55,924 nt of DNA from Acidimicrobiia bacterium (GCA_035461175.1 DATHVR010000094.1:1-55924), one strand, 5' to 3'. Positions 9,175 through 18,945 are shown, counted from the stretch's first letter. Notes: generated by a model not told the origin, from the letters alone. Numbers and translations are program-made.

Positions 9175-10140
9175 ATGGATACTCCGGCCCGGATCCTGCG
9201 CCTGCTGTCGCTGCTTCAATCCCGTCCCTCCTGGAGCGGGCCTGCACTGGCAGACCGCCTGGAGGTCACCCCCCGCACGTTGCGACGCGACGTTGCCCGG
9301 CTGCGCGAACTCGGCTATCCCGTGGAAGCCGTCCCCGGACGCCATGGCGGCTACCGGCTGGTGGCGGGAGGGGCGATGCCGCCCCTGGTCCTGGAGGACG
9401 AAGAGGCGGTGGCCGTGGCCTGGGGCCTGCGGGCGGCGGCGGGTGGGGCCATGCCCGGAATGGAGGAGCCCGCCTTGCTTGCCCTCGCCAAGATCGAACA
9501 GGTGCTGCCCACCCGCCTGCAGACACGTATTCGCGAGATCACCGAGGCCACCGTCCGGGTCGGAGGTTCCTCGCCGTCCCATCCATCGATTCGGATCCCC
9601 GTCCTGGTCGAGCTCGCCCAGGCCCGCCGGGAGTCCGTACGCGTCCGCTTCCTGTATCGGGACGGATCGGGACGGGAGAGCGACCGCCACGTCGACCCGT
9701 ACCAGCTGGTCCACGCCGGGCGGCGGTGGTACCTGTTCGCCTGGGATCGCGATCGGGCTGACTGGCGCAGCTTCCGGGTCGATCGAATGGCCGAGGTGAA
9801 GGCGACCGGGATGCGGTTCCAGCCCCGCGCGGCCCCCGATGCGGCCGGCTTCGTGGCAGAAGGGGTCGCGGTCCATGCCTACCGTATCCACGCGGTGGTG
9901 GAGCTGGACGTCCCGATCACGACCGCCCGCAAGCTGGTCCCGCCCACGGTGGCGGTTCTGGAAGAAGACGGGGACAGGACGCTCATGCGGATCGGAGCCG
10001 ACGAGCCCGATTGGCTGGCGCGATACCTGGCCGGCCTTCCCTGCCGTTTCACCGTCCGGGCTCCCGATGAGGTGCGGCATGCGGTGGTGGAACTGGCCGA
10101 CCAGCTTCGGGACTACGTCGGGACGGCTGGATCCGGATGA
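9175..10140 (+). CDS. YafY-family HTH-WYL transcriptional regulator
   Basis: MDTPARILRLLSLLQ...LADRLEVTPRTLRRDVARLRELGYPV (HTH_11); WYL region VDPYQLV...RWYLFAWD...WRSFRVDRM. Confidence 0.93.
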   Translation: MDTPARILRLLSLLQSRPSWSGPALADRLEVTPRTLRRDVARLRELGYPVEAVPGRHGGYRLVAGGAMPPLVLEDEEAVAVAWGLRAAAGGAMPGMEEPALLALAKIEQVLPTRLQTRIREITEATVRVGGSSPSHPSIRIPVLVELAQARRESVRVRFLYRDGSGRESDRHVDPYQLVHAGRRWYLFAWDRDRADWRSFRVDRMAEVKATGMRFQPRAAPDAAGFVAEGVAVHAYRIHAVVELDVPITTARKLVPPTVAVLEEDGDRTLMRIGADEPDWLARYLAGLPCRFTVRAPDEVRHAVVELADQLRDYVGTAGSG

Positions 10141-10180
10141 AGACAGAATCCCGCCTCATTCCTGTTACAACCCCTGTCTG

Positions 10181-11137
10181 ATGCTGGATTTCATCCTCGG
10201 CTTGTATATCGCCGGATTGGCGGTGCGCGGATGGTTGCGAGGATTCGTGCGCGAATTGATGGACCTCGTTGGCCTGGTGGTGGGGGCGGCCGTGGCCTTT
10301 CGCCTCTCGGCTCCCTTCGGCGGATTCCTGACCGATCGGTTCGGATTCTCCCCGGAATGGGGCCGCATCGGTGCCGGGATCGTGCTCTTCATCGTCTTTG
10401 GCCTGACGATGTCGGTCCTGGCCCATTACCTGTCCAAGGTGGCCCGCTTGCCCGGGCTATCGCTGGCCAATCGAGTGCTCGGGTCGGCGGTGGCGGCTGC
10501 CTGGGGGATCCTTCTGGTGCTGGTGATCGTGAGCGTGGTATCGGTCCTGCCCGTGCCCGACAGCGTCGACGACGCCATTGCCGAGTCGTCTGTCGCCCAG
10601 GCGGTGGCGGGACCCGAGGCGCTGCCCCGGAGGATGGTCGAGCCGCTGATCGGCGACGACGCGGTGAGCGCCCTCGCCGCCATCGAACGTCTCACCGGTG
10701 GACGTCGGGTCGTCCCGGCCGAAGGCGAGCGAATCGATCTGGAAGAGGTGGATCCGGACGCGGTGGCGGTGGTGCCGGGTTCGGTGGGCTTCGTGTTCGA
10801 CCGGATCAACGCCGACCGCCTCGACGCGGGTGCCGATCCGCTGACCCAGTCCGACGCCCTGGCCGAGATCGCCCGGGTCCGGGGGCTCGAGATGTATCGG
10901 GCCGGCTACGTGGAGCGCCGCACCGACGACGGGGTCCTGGACGCGACGCGGTCCGGGTCGCTTCGCCTGGTGGCGGCTTCGGAGATGGTGGCACTCGCCT
11001 CCTCCGACCGGGCCGCCCACGCCGGCATTGCCGAGGACCCGGCCACCTCGCTCACCAACCCCGACCTCGACCGTGCCGGGGTGGCGGTGATTCGGGGTCC
11101 GCTCGGCACGATGGTGGTGGAGGTCTACGGACGATGA
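10181..11137 (+). CDS. CvpA family membrane protein fused to a degenerate CAP/SCP-like domain
   Basis: N-terminal GWLRGFVRELMDLVG...NRVLG (CvpA-like); C-terminal INADRLDAG..PL....LAEIA and DLDRAGVAV (CAP-like). Confidence 0.7.
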   Translation: MLDFILGLYIAGLAVRGWLRGFVRELMDLVGLVVGAAVAFRLSAPFGGFLTDRFGFSPEWGRIGAGIVLFIVFGLTMSVLAHYLSKVARLPGLSLANRVLGSAVAAAWGILLVLVIVSVVSVLPVPDSVDDAIAESSVAQAVAGPEALPRRMVEPLIGDDAVSALAAIERLTGGRRVVPAEGERIDLEEVDPDAVAVVPGSVGFVFDRINADRLDAGADPLTQSDALAEIARVRGLEMYRAGYVERRTDDGVLDATRSGSLRLVAASEMVALASSDRAAHAGIAEDPATSLTNPDLDRAGVAVIRGPLGTMVVEVYGR

Positions 11138-11532
11138 CCATGGTCCCCGAGTCACAGCGCCTGCTCGAGGCGATGGTCGCCGCCTATCCGACCTACGTCA
11201 GGTCCCGCCTCCCGGCCACTCCCGAAGGAATCGACGACGTTCTGGCGCAGGGCGCGGCATGGCTCCGCACCACCCTCACCGACCTCCTCGCCCTCCCGTT
11301 CGCCGAGCAGCGGCGAGGTCCGTTGGAGGTGTTCCAAGAGGCGATGAGATTTCCGACCGAGGCCCTCCGGCAGGCCGGAGTCGAGCCGTCCCGTCGCGAC
11401 CCGGTGTCTGAAACCGCCCTTCCCGGGGATGTCTACGGACTCGCCCCGGCCTCCAGCCGTGATCTGGGAGAGGAAATCTGGATGATCCATCTCACCTGGG
11501 GCGCCACCAAAGCCAGCGCCCTCACCTCCTAG
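11134..11532 (+). CDS. Hypothetical protein
   Basis: ATGA overlap with the upstream stop; 132 aa with coding-like codon usage. Confidence 0.7.
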   Translation: MTMVPESQRLLEAMVAAYPTYVRSRLPATPEGIDDVLAQGAAWLRTTLTDLLALPFAEQRRGPLEVFQEAMRFPTEALRQAGVEPSRRDPVSETALPGDVYGLAPASSRDLGEEIWMIHLTWGATKASALTS

Positions 11533-11677
11533 GCCGTCGACGTTCGGGCAACGGGTCAGGCTGCCCACTAACTCGCGCCTCCGCAGCTCCGGCGGCAGGG
11601 ACCGTCCCCCGTGGGGGACTAAGCAAGCGCCTGCGGCGCTGACTCACCACTCAGAGCCCATCACCCGATACCGTCAC

Positions 11678-12562
11678 CTACACCGCAGGCAGACCGGCCG
11701 GGCGGCGTCTCGTAGTCATCGCCGCAACCATTCCCACTCCGGCCAGCACGATCGCCGCCCCGGTCAACTGGAGTAACGAGGGACGTTCGGCGAACAGAAG
11801 CGTTCCCCAGACCATGGTCAGCACCGGCTGGACCAGGATGAAGGTGGAGGTCTCGGCGGCGGGAAGGCGGGGCAGGGCGTAACCGATCGCCAGCCATCCC
11901 ACCACCTGCGAGCCGATGGCTAGGGCGACGAGCCATCCGTGGGCCGGCCACGACGGAACGAAGTCGATTCCGCCCAGTAGCGGAGCTGCCACCAGGGTGG
12001 CCAGGGCCGCCCCGGCTGAGGCATCGAGCAACGATCCCACCGCCGGGGCCTGGACCCGGTTGGAGCGGCGGTAGCCGAGCAGGAAGCCGGCATAGAAGAT
12101 GGCGGAGGCGACTCCGAGCACCGCTCCCAGCACGGGGTTGACCCCGAAGCTGCCCTCCCGGCCCAGGCCGGTGACCAGGGCCAGGCCCAACAGAACGACG
12201 GGAATCGAGGCGATCACCACCCGGGCCGGCCGCTCGCCGAACAACGCCCACGCCAGAACGCCGACGATGATCACCTGGCAGTTGGCGATCAGAGTGGCGA
12301 GCCCGGTTCCGATCTGATCGATGGCCAGATGCCAGCAGATGAAGTCACCCGCCAGCATCGCCCCGGCGAGGACCGCCAGCCACCGCGAACGGGGAGTCCG
12401 CCGATCGCGGTGGCGGATCCGCAGCCACAACAGCCCCAGGATCGGTATGGCATAGACGACGCGGAAGAAGGCGCCGGTGACGGCGTCGACGTCGGCCAGT
12501 TCAAACCAGACGGCCGAAAATGAGATGGCGATGGCGCCGACCAGGGCGGCCACGAGAGGCAT
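11678..12562 (-). CDS. DMT/EamA family transporter
   Basis: Two EamA-like repeats, about 10 TM segments, LFGERP and LFAERP motifs. Confidence 0.9.
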   Translation of the reverse strand: MPLVAALVGAIAISFSAVWFELADVDAVTGAFFRVVYAIPILGLLWLRIRHRDRRTPRSRWLAVLAGAMLAGDFICWHLAIDQIGTGLATLIANCQVIIVGVLAWALFGERPARVVIASIPVVLLGLALVTGLGREGSFGVNPVLGAVLGVASAIFYAGFLLGYRRSNRVQAPAVGSLLDASAGAALATLVAAPLLGGIDFVPSWPAHGWLVALAIGSQVVGWLAIGYALPRLPAAETSTFILVQPVLTMVWGTLLFAERPSLLQLTGAAIVLAGVGMVAAMTTRRRPAGLPAV

Positions 12563-12601
12563 CCCGGAAGCATGACATCCGGGCCGTGGCCGCCCAAACG
12601 G

Positions 12602-13558
12602 TCAGCGGAGCTGGATCGGGTACTCGCGGATGTTCTGGCGACTTCCGTCCTTGGCCGAGTTCTCCCACTCGATCAGGGCACCGAACTGTTCACGGTCGAT
12701 CTCATAGGGGATCTCCACCGAGAAGTCTCCCCAACAACCGGTACCGCAGGAGGCGGTCACGAAGTCCTCGTACAGGGGTTCTCCGTCATCGTCGGTCAGC
12801 ATGATCTGGAAGGTGGCTTCGAACACGTTGGCGATCCCGGTCACGGTCACAGGGCTCTCGACGACCTCACCCCAGGCGGGGGAGTCGACGAAGATCGGCG
12901 GGATCTGTTCGAGGTAGTCCTCACGGGTCTGGGGGCCGTCGAGGATGATCCCCTCGGACGAGAACACCTCTACCGCTTCCCCATCGAGGTGCAAGAGCAC
13001 GCCGTCGACGGTGGGGAAGCGGGTCAGTGTGAAGACCAACTGAGCGAGGCGGGCCGCCATCGAGGCGGTGCCGCCCCCGTCGTCGAACTCACCGCTCAGG
13101 TCGACCGTCGCCACCCCGTCCTCGATGACGATTCCCAGCAGCTGGGATCCCTCGGGCACCGCGCTCGAGATCGAGGGCAGGCCGTCCGCCTCATCCTGGC
13201 TGGGTCCCTCCAGCAGGGCTTCGACGGCGGCGGCCGCTACTCCCTCGGTTTCGGGAACACCCCGGTACACCGGAACGAGATAGGGCCCCATGGCCGGATC
13301 CTCGATGTTCTCGAGGATGAAGTAGGCGACCACGTCCATCTCCTCCATCTCGGGAGCCTCGCTGGTTGTGGTGGTCTCCGGAGCGGTGGTTGTGGTCTCG
13401 GGTGCCGACGTTGAGGTTGTGGTCTCGGGGGCGGTCGAGGTCGTCGCCTCGATCGTGGTGGACGTCTCGGCGGCGGTGGTGGTGGCTCCGTCTCCGCCCT
13501 CTCCGCACGCCGCCAGCACCATGGCGAGGACGGTCAGGCCGATCAGGAACTTGCGCAT
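12602..13558 (-). CDS. GerMN + Gmad2 Ig-like domain lipoprotein
   Basis: Lipobox LAAC, Thr/Glu-rich linker, GerMN-like ALLEGPS...TVDLS...QLVFTLTRFPTVDGV, C-terminal GIANVFEA. Confidence 0.85.
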   Translation of the reverse strand: MRKFLIGLTVLAMVLAACGEGGDGATTTAAETSTTIEATTSTAPETTTSTSAPETTTTAPETTTTSEAPEMEEMDVVAYFILENIEDPAMGPYLVPVYRGVPETEGVAAAAVEALLEGPSQDEADGLPSISSAVPEGSQLLGIVIEDGVATVDLSGEFDDGGGTASMAARLAQLVFTLTRFPTVDGVLLHLDGEAVEVFSSEGIILDGPQTREDYLEQIPPIFVDSPAWGEVVESPVTVTGIANVFEATFQIMLTDDDGEPLYEDFVTASCGTGCWGDFSVEIPYEIDREQFGALIEWENSAKDGSRQNIREYPIQLR

Positions 13559-13628
13559 AGGTCTCCTTTCGAGATCCATACGAATTGTCCCGAGGGCGCC
13601 GCCCCTTCGACAGGGGATAAGGACCCTC

Positions 13629-15047
13629 TCAGAGGGCGGCGGCGTTGAGCATCTGGTGGGTGGCGGTGTGGATCGAGTCGATCAGGTGGTCGCTGTCGGG
13701 GAGGGCGTCGTAGTCGGCGTGGATTCCCCAGTTCAGGTGGCCGTCGTAGCTGAAGATGGCCAGTCCGAGGCCGTGCTGAGTCCACAGCGGGACGATCGGG
13801 TAGTTGGCCAGCATCCGCGCCTCCAGCAGATACATCGGGAACTGGGGGCCGGGGATGTTGGTCACGGTCAGGTTAAAAGGACGGATGCGGGGCCCGGCCA
13901 GCCGGCTCGCCAACGACAGCAGGGTGATCGGGGTGCCGCGGGAGAGTTCGACCAGGGTGGAAGCGCCAAGGGCATTGTTGGTGTTCTTCTGCCGGTCGGT
14001 CTCGGCCCGGATGGCGAGATGACGGGCGACCGGGTCGGGCTCGTCGATGGGGAGATTGACCAGCCACATCGCCACCTGGTTGCCGAGCGCTCCCCGCTGG
14101 TCCTCCCGGCGGGTGCTGACCGGCACCATCACCCGGAACTCGAGGCCCTCGACCTCGTACTCGCGATGGGCCAGGAAGAAGTGACGCAGGGCGCCGGCGA
14201 CGATGGAGAGAACGGTGTCGTTGACGGACCCCCCCAGGGCGTTCTTGATCTGCTTGACGTCCTTGAGGGAGGTGGTGGTCCAGTCGAAGCGCCGGTTGGG
14301 CCCGATCTCGGGGTTGAGGGGTGTGGAGGCGGCCATCGACAGCCATCCCGAGCGCAGGGAGTTGAATGCGGCGAAGGTTCGTCCGGCCACCTGGGTCACG
14401 GTCTGGCGGCTGTCGGAGAGAAGGGTGCCGACCGAGGTGAGCCGCTCCAGGTTGCGCCGGGTGGTGCGGGCGGCCGCTGCCACCGCCAGCTCGGTACGGG
14501 TGGGGGCCCGGCGCGGGACCCACTCGGGGCTCTCCTCGACCTCGGAGGTGGGAATCACGTTGAGGAGGATCGTGGTCAGATCCACCCCGGAGAGGCCGTC
14601 GATCATGCAGTGGTGGATCTTGGCGATAATCGCGAACCGGCCCTCGGTCAGACCCTCCACCACCCACAGCTCCCACAGCGGCTTGGATCGATCCAGCTGC
14701 TGGGAAACGATCCGCCCGGCCAGCGCCTTGAGCTGGTCGTCCGACCCGGGACGGGGGAGGCTGGTGTGGCGGACGTGGTAGTCGAGGTTGAAGTCGGCGT
14801 CGTCCACCCAGACGGGGGAGCGGTCGTAGGGGATGTAGTCGAGGCGCTGGCGGTAGCGGGGGATGTACTCCAGCTTCGCCTCGATGTGGGCACGGATTCG
14901 CTGGAAGTCGATTCCGCCCGCCTCGTCGCCCAGCTCATTCGCCTCGAACACCGCCACCCCCGCCACGTGCATGTGGGTGGTGCGCGATTCGAGAGCGAGG
15001 AAGGAGCTGTCCAGGTAGGACAACGGCTCGAAGTAGAAGTCCGGCAC
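13629..15047 (-). CDS. Wax ester synthase/diacylglycerol acyltransferase (WS/DGAT)
   Basis: LSYLDSSFL, TTHMHVAG, LDRSKPLWE, catalytic HHCMIDG, NLTVTNIPGP; GTG start chosen (ORF track extends to 15071). Confidence 0.93.
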   Translation of the reverse strand: MPDFYFEPLSYLDSSFLALESRTTHMHVAGVAVFEANELGDEAGGIDFQRIRAHIEAKLEYIPRYRQRLDYIPYDRSPVWVDDADFNLDYHVRHTSLPRPGSDDQLKALAGRIVSQQLDRSKPLWELWVVEGLTEGRFAIIAKIHHCMIDGLSGVDLTTILLNVIPTSEVEESPEWVPRRAPTRTELAVAAAARTTRRNLERLTSVGTLLSDSRQTVTQVAGRTFAAFNSLRSGWLSMAASTPLNPEIGPNRRFDWTTTSLKDVKQIKNALGGSVNDTVLSIVAGALRHFFLAHREYEVEGLEFRVMVPVSTRREDQRGALGNQVAMWLVNLPIDEPDPVARHLAIRAETDRQKNTNNALGASTLVELSRGTPITLLSLASRLAGPRIRPFNLTVTNIPGPQFPMYLLEARMLANYPIVPLWTQHGLGLAIFSYDGHLNWGIHADYDALPDSDHLIDSIHTATHQMLNAAAL

Positions 15048-15252
15048 ACCAAGAGGATACGGCCCGGGCACGGATCATGTAGAGGCCTTACCGACGCGGA
15101 CCGGCACCGGCCTGGCCGGTGCCGGGTCCGAGGCCGTGTCTCGCCTCGCTTACGTCGTTACATGTCCGGGCGGCCGCGTTTCCAACTCGATATATATGGT
15201 TGGAAGTCGTCGGTTCCGGACACTGACGGGGTGAAGGAGGTCGGGAACGCCG

Positions 15253-15813
15253 ATGACGACCCCGCATGAGGCGGACGAGAAGCTCAGGCTTTTGTATCAG
15301 AGCCATCGTGCGCAGATCGACGCGTACTGTCGTCGACGGGTCCCGGCCGAGTCGGTGGCCGACGTCGTTTCGGAGGTCTTCATGACCGCCTGGCGGCGGA
15401 TCGCCGACATCCCCGATGGCTCCGAGTTGCCCTGGTTGTACGGCGTGGCGCGACGAGTGGTGATGAACCATCGTCGCGGGGCGCGGCGTCGCCATCGTTT
15501 GGGAGCGGCTCTGATCTCACAGCCCAACGACCCCGCCCCGGAGGCGGACGTTCCCGTAGTCCGCCGGGCCGAGGATCGAATGATTCTCGAAGCCCTGGCG
15601 GGCCTCGCCCCTGGGGATCAGGAGGTACTTCGGTTGAAGGCGTGGGAGGAGCTGTCGAGTGCAGAGATCGGTGCCGTTCTCGGCATCAGCCCCGCCGCCG
15701 TCGACATGCGTCTGACCAGGGCGAAGCGGCGATTGCGCCGAGCCCTCGACGCCGTCGGGTTCTTCGAGTCCGTGTCATCGCTTCGAATCGCTGAGAACGG
15801 AGGACGCTCGTGA
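15253..15813 (+). CDS. ECF RNA polymerase sigma factor
   Basis: Region 2 DVVSEVFMTAWRR...WLYGVARR; region 4 LSSAEIGAVLGISPAAVDMRLTRAKRRL; GAAGGAGG RBS. Confidence 0.92.
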   Translation: MTTPHEADEKLRLLYQSHRAQIDAYCRRRVPAESVADVVSEVFMTAWRRIADIPDGSELPWLYGVARRVVMNHRRGARRRHRLGAALISQPNDPAPEADVPVVRRAEDRMILEALAGLAPGDQEVLRLKAWEELSSAEIGAVLGISPAAVDMRLTRAKRRLRRALDAVGFFESVSSLRIAENGGRS

Positions 15814-16700
15814 ACAGGCGGATCGACGTCATCGAGCTTCTCCGGGGAGTGAATCCAGTTCCCCCCGGAGCAGTGACGGATGAAGCCGTCCCGACCTTCG
15901 ACGAGGCCCTCGGTTCCTCATTCGAAAGGACAGAGACGATGTCACAAACGACGATCGCGCCGCCGGAGACTCCGGCGAGATCGCGCAAGAGCTGGCCCAA
16001 GTTCCTGGGTGCGGCGGCTGCTCTGGTGGTGGCGGTGGGACTGGTGGTGCCACTCACCCTGCGGGTGGCGGGGACTGAGTGGAACGGGACGCCGACCGAG
16101 CAAAGGGCCGCCATCGAGCAGGTAATGGAGGCGGTGAACGGCGGCGACTCTACCGGTTTCGCAAGAGCTTTCGGTGAAGACGCGACCTTCAATGCGCAGG
16201 CCTTCATGAACTTCATCGATCGAGATCGAGTCATCCCGCAACAAGACCCGGCTTTGGTCGAGTCGATCATGGCGGTGATTGGAGCCTGGGAGGTGGAAAC
16301 CGTTCTCGAGTCCTGCCAACCCCAGACCGAGTTGCTGGTGCGTTGTCCCGTTCGGCATCTTTGGCACGTCGCCCAGGCCGAGTTTGTCGCCGACTGGGTG
16401 TTCGCTTTCGATGGTGGACAGATCTCCAGTGCCGGGATCATCCAGGAGGACCTCGACCCGGCCGATCGGACGATGCCGCTCAGTTGGCTTGACCTGACCG
16501 GTGCCATGACCGTGACCGGCTCTCGCGATACATGGTGGGCCTGGGTGGCAGAGAACGATCCCGACCTGTTCGAACGGATGGGCGATGGGCTGCTCGAGAT
16601 CAATGGTGTCGCCTTCGAAAGCAGCCTGTTCATGGGCATGGACCCGTCACTGGCGCCTGAGATCCGCGAGTCCGTTGACCGGTACCTGGCGGAAGGTTGA
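15810..16700 (+). CDS. Membrane-anchored ECF partner (putative anti-sigma) with an NTF2/SnoaL-like extracytoplasmic domain
   Basis: GTGA overlap with the sigma stop; single TM (FLGAAAALVVAVGLVV); AIEQVMEAVNGGD...AFGEDATF resembles the NTF2-like N-terminus. Confidence 0.6.
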   Translation: MNRRIDVIELLRGVNPVPPGAVTDEAVPTFDEALGSSFERTETMSQTTIAPPETPARSRKSWPKFLGAAAALVVAVGLVVPLTLRVAGTEWNGTPTEQRAAIEQVMEAVNGGDSTGFARAFGEDATFNAQAFMNFIDRDRVIPQQDPALVESIMAVIGAWEVETVLESCQPQTELLVRCPVRHLWHVAQAEFVADWVFAFDGGQISSAGIIQEDLDPADRTMPLSWLDLTGAMTVTGSRDTWWAWVAENDPDLFERMGDGLLEINGVAFESSLFMGMDPSLAPEIRESVDRYLAEG

Positions 16701-16741
16701 GACAAGGGCCCCCGGTGCTTCTCGGCGCCGGGGGTCTGAAG

Positions 16742-16814
16742 CGCCCGCGGCAGGATTCGAACCTGCGGCCTACCGCTTAGGAGGCGGTTGCTCTATCCCC
16801 TGAGCTACGCGGGC
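16742..16814 (-). tRNA. tRNA-Arg (anticodon CCT)
   Basis: Cloverleaf: GCCCGCG acceptor, GCTC/GAGC D-stem, ACCGC-CTCCTAA-GCGGT anticodon arm, GCAGG-TTCGAAT-CCTGC T-arm; CCA not encoded. Confidence 0.97.
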
Positions 16815-16979
16815 GGGATGGGTTGAAAACGCAATTGGAAACCGGGTGTTGTCGGTCCCGGAGGTAAGGGTAGGCGCCGGAGGGCATGTTTTCGGCGGGT
16901 GGAATCGACCAGACAAGCGCGAACAGGTCCGAGATTGGCGCGGCTCGTAAGCGGTGGGAGGGAGTTCGGGATTGGACCA

Positions 16980-17690
16980 GGGCTCAGCTGGCCCGGGGGA
17001 TTGGCGGGTCGGTGGTGGTGGGGTCGTGGCGGGTGGTGAAGATGGCTTCGGTTTGGCGTTGCGGTGGGCTTGCCAGCCGAGCACGGAGAGGTGGTTGGTG
17101 GCGAAGCCGTAGTGGTGGAGGCGTTCGCGGGGGAGGTGGTCGTCGATGGTGCGGTTGGCGGATTCGGCGGCGGCCCGCAGCGGCCGTTGGATGTCGGCGA
17201 AGACGGGGTCGGTTTATGGGAAGGCGCGGAGGTGTTCGGGCCGGTGTAGCCGGCGAGTTCGTCGTCTGTGGTTTGGTCGAGGCGGATGCGGATGTATCCG
17301 TCGGGTTGGCCGGTGGGGTCTTCGACTTGGTATTCGGCGAAGAGGCGGTAGGTGCCGGTGGTCTTGTTGCGGCGCCGGTTGATGCGTCGCCTCAGGAGTG
17401 GTTGGAGGTGTTGGTTGCCGTCGACGTCGTAGCTGCGGATGTGGGGTGCTCCTCCGACGAGGTGGATCTCCACTTCGGTGGGTTCGCCTTGGGCGGGGCG
17501 GTGGGTTTCGAGGCCGTGGTAGCGGTCGGGGGTCTTGCCGCGGCTGCTGTGGAGGCCGACGAGTCCGATGTGGCCGGCTTTGAGGAGCCGGTCGAGGCGG
17601 ACTCCGCGAAGTGCCCGGTCGTACGCGTAGCCGACCAGTCCCGGCCGGTTCTGGGCGGCTTGGAGGTAAGAGCTGCCCCAAGTGTCGAGT
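16980..17690 (-). pseudogene. Degenerate transposase remnant (C-terminal half)
   Basis: Stitched reading YAYDRALRGV...NRAEHLRAFP*TDPVF...AESANRTIDDH requires frameshifts and an in-frame stop; resembles actinobacterial DDE-type transposase C-termini (from memory, family not fixed). Confidence 0.55.
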
Positions 17691-18132
17691 CAACGGAGCG
17701 ACCCGCTGGCTGTCACCAGACAAGGCGATGATCGCTTTGGTCGGGTTGGCCGCCCGTAGCGCCATCTCGGTACTCGATCTTTGCGCCGCCACTGCATGGC
17801 GGTATGCCCATGGTGGCCCTCCACCTACGGGAGAAGCTGATTTCGCTATGGCTGTGAAGTCCTCCTCGGGCCTAGACCATCACCATCAGGAATGGGTCCG
17901 CCAGATCAACGGCACAAACGACAAGGCTCTGGCTGAGGATTGTCGTCACCAGCTAGTTCACCGCACCACCGGAAGGAACCTTTATCGAGGGGGGCGTACG
18001 GGAACAGAATGGAGCGACTATCGAATCGGGAAGAACGAGCAGCCCGTCAGGGTGGACCACCTGGTGACGAGGATGGCCAAATACGCTGAAGGTTGGTTCT
18101 GCTCATTCTGTGATGTCCGACCTAGTCCTTAG
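17690..18132 (+). pseudogene. 5'-truncated hypothetical protein with an Rx4H (HEPN-like) motif
   Basis: Open frame ...AMIALVGLAARSAISVLDLCAA...DCRHQLVHR...; AT-richer than the flanks; abuts the transposase remnant. Confidence 0.35.
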
Positions 18133-18399
18133 CTGGAGACGGGTCAGGCACCTCGTTCCCAGCCTGGCACACCCGTCCTCTAGTCTCAGACCCCGGAGCC
18201 CTGGTCACCCTGGCGACTGAAACCCGCCGCCGCCCCCGGCATGCGTCGGCCCCGGCAGCGGCAGCAGTCTCATCCTGACCGCAAGACCTCCCGTGACGGA
18301 TGCAGGGGATGGCCTGGACTGGAGGCGTCTTTGGACGAGCCGGACGACCACCGGTGCCGAGGTGATTCGGCGGCGCTGGCGGAACCGGCGTCGGCTGCG

Positions 18400-18945
18400 G
18401 TGTCCGTCACCATCGTCTTGCTTGCGGTGGGGACTCCACGGGTCATCTCAATTGGCCGGACGCGCGGCCACGGTCCTTGGCGGCGGAGCCGAATGTCGTC
18501 GATTGCTTCCCCGGCCCGCCGCCGAGGTGCCTGGAGGGCCGTCTCCTATGGAGTCGGCGGCTGTGCGGTAGCCATTGTCCTCGCACTTCTGGCCGGACCT
18601 GCAGGGTCTGAGGTATTCGCGGGAACCACCAGCACCACAGCCGTCGCCGTGATCAGTCCGCTCGGAGGGCTGGCCGGAACGACAGTGGCCTTTCGTCGAT
18701 ATCGGAGCCGACAACCGACGAGCCATGATCTGGCTCTCTTCTGGTGCGCAATGACCGCCGTGATCGTCATATCCACATACGTCTACCTGCGTGTCGACCA
18801 GGCGTCGACGGCCACGGCTCTCATCACCGGCGCCGCCGGTCTTCGGGTCATGCGGATCGGCCTCATGGAACGATCCGCCGGCCACGCCGGCCAGGTCGTT
18901 CCCCGAGGCCCCAGATCAAGGCGGCTGCGAGCGCATCCCCGTTAG
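18400..18945 (+). CDS. Possible (degenerate) membrane protein
   Basis: Several hydrophobic segments in ORF 18241..18945; start uncertain. Confidence 0.3.
   Translation: MSVTIVLLAVGTPRVISIGRTRGHGPWRRSRMSSIASPARRRGAWRAVSYGVGGCAVAIVLALLAGPAGSEVFAGTTSTTAVAVISPLGGLAGTTVAFRRYRSRQPTSHDLALFWCAMTAVIVISTYVYLRVDQASTATALITGAAGLRVMRIGLMERSAGHAGQVVPRGPRSRRLRAHPR

Noticed and set aside
15060-16741. Integrative element at the tRNA-Arg 3' end
   Set aside because: No duplicated tRNA 3' sequence and no integrase found
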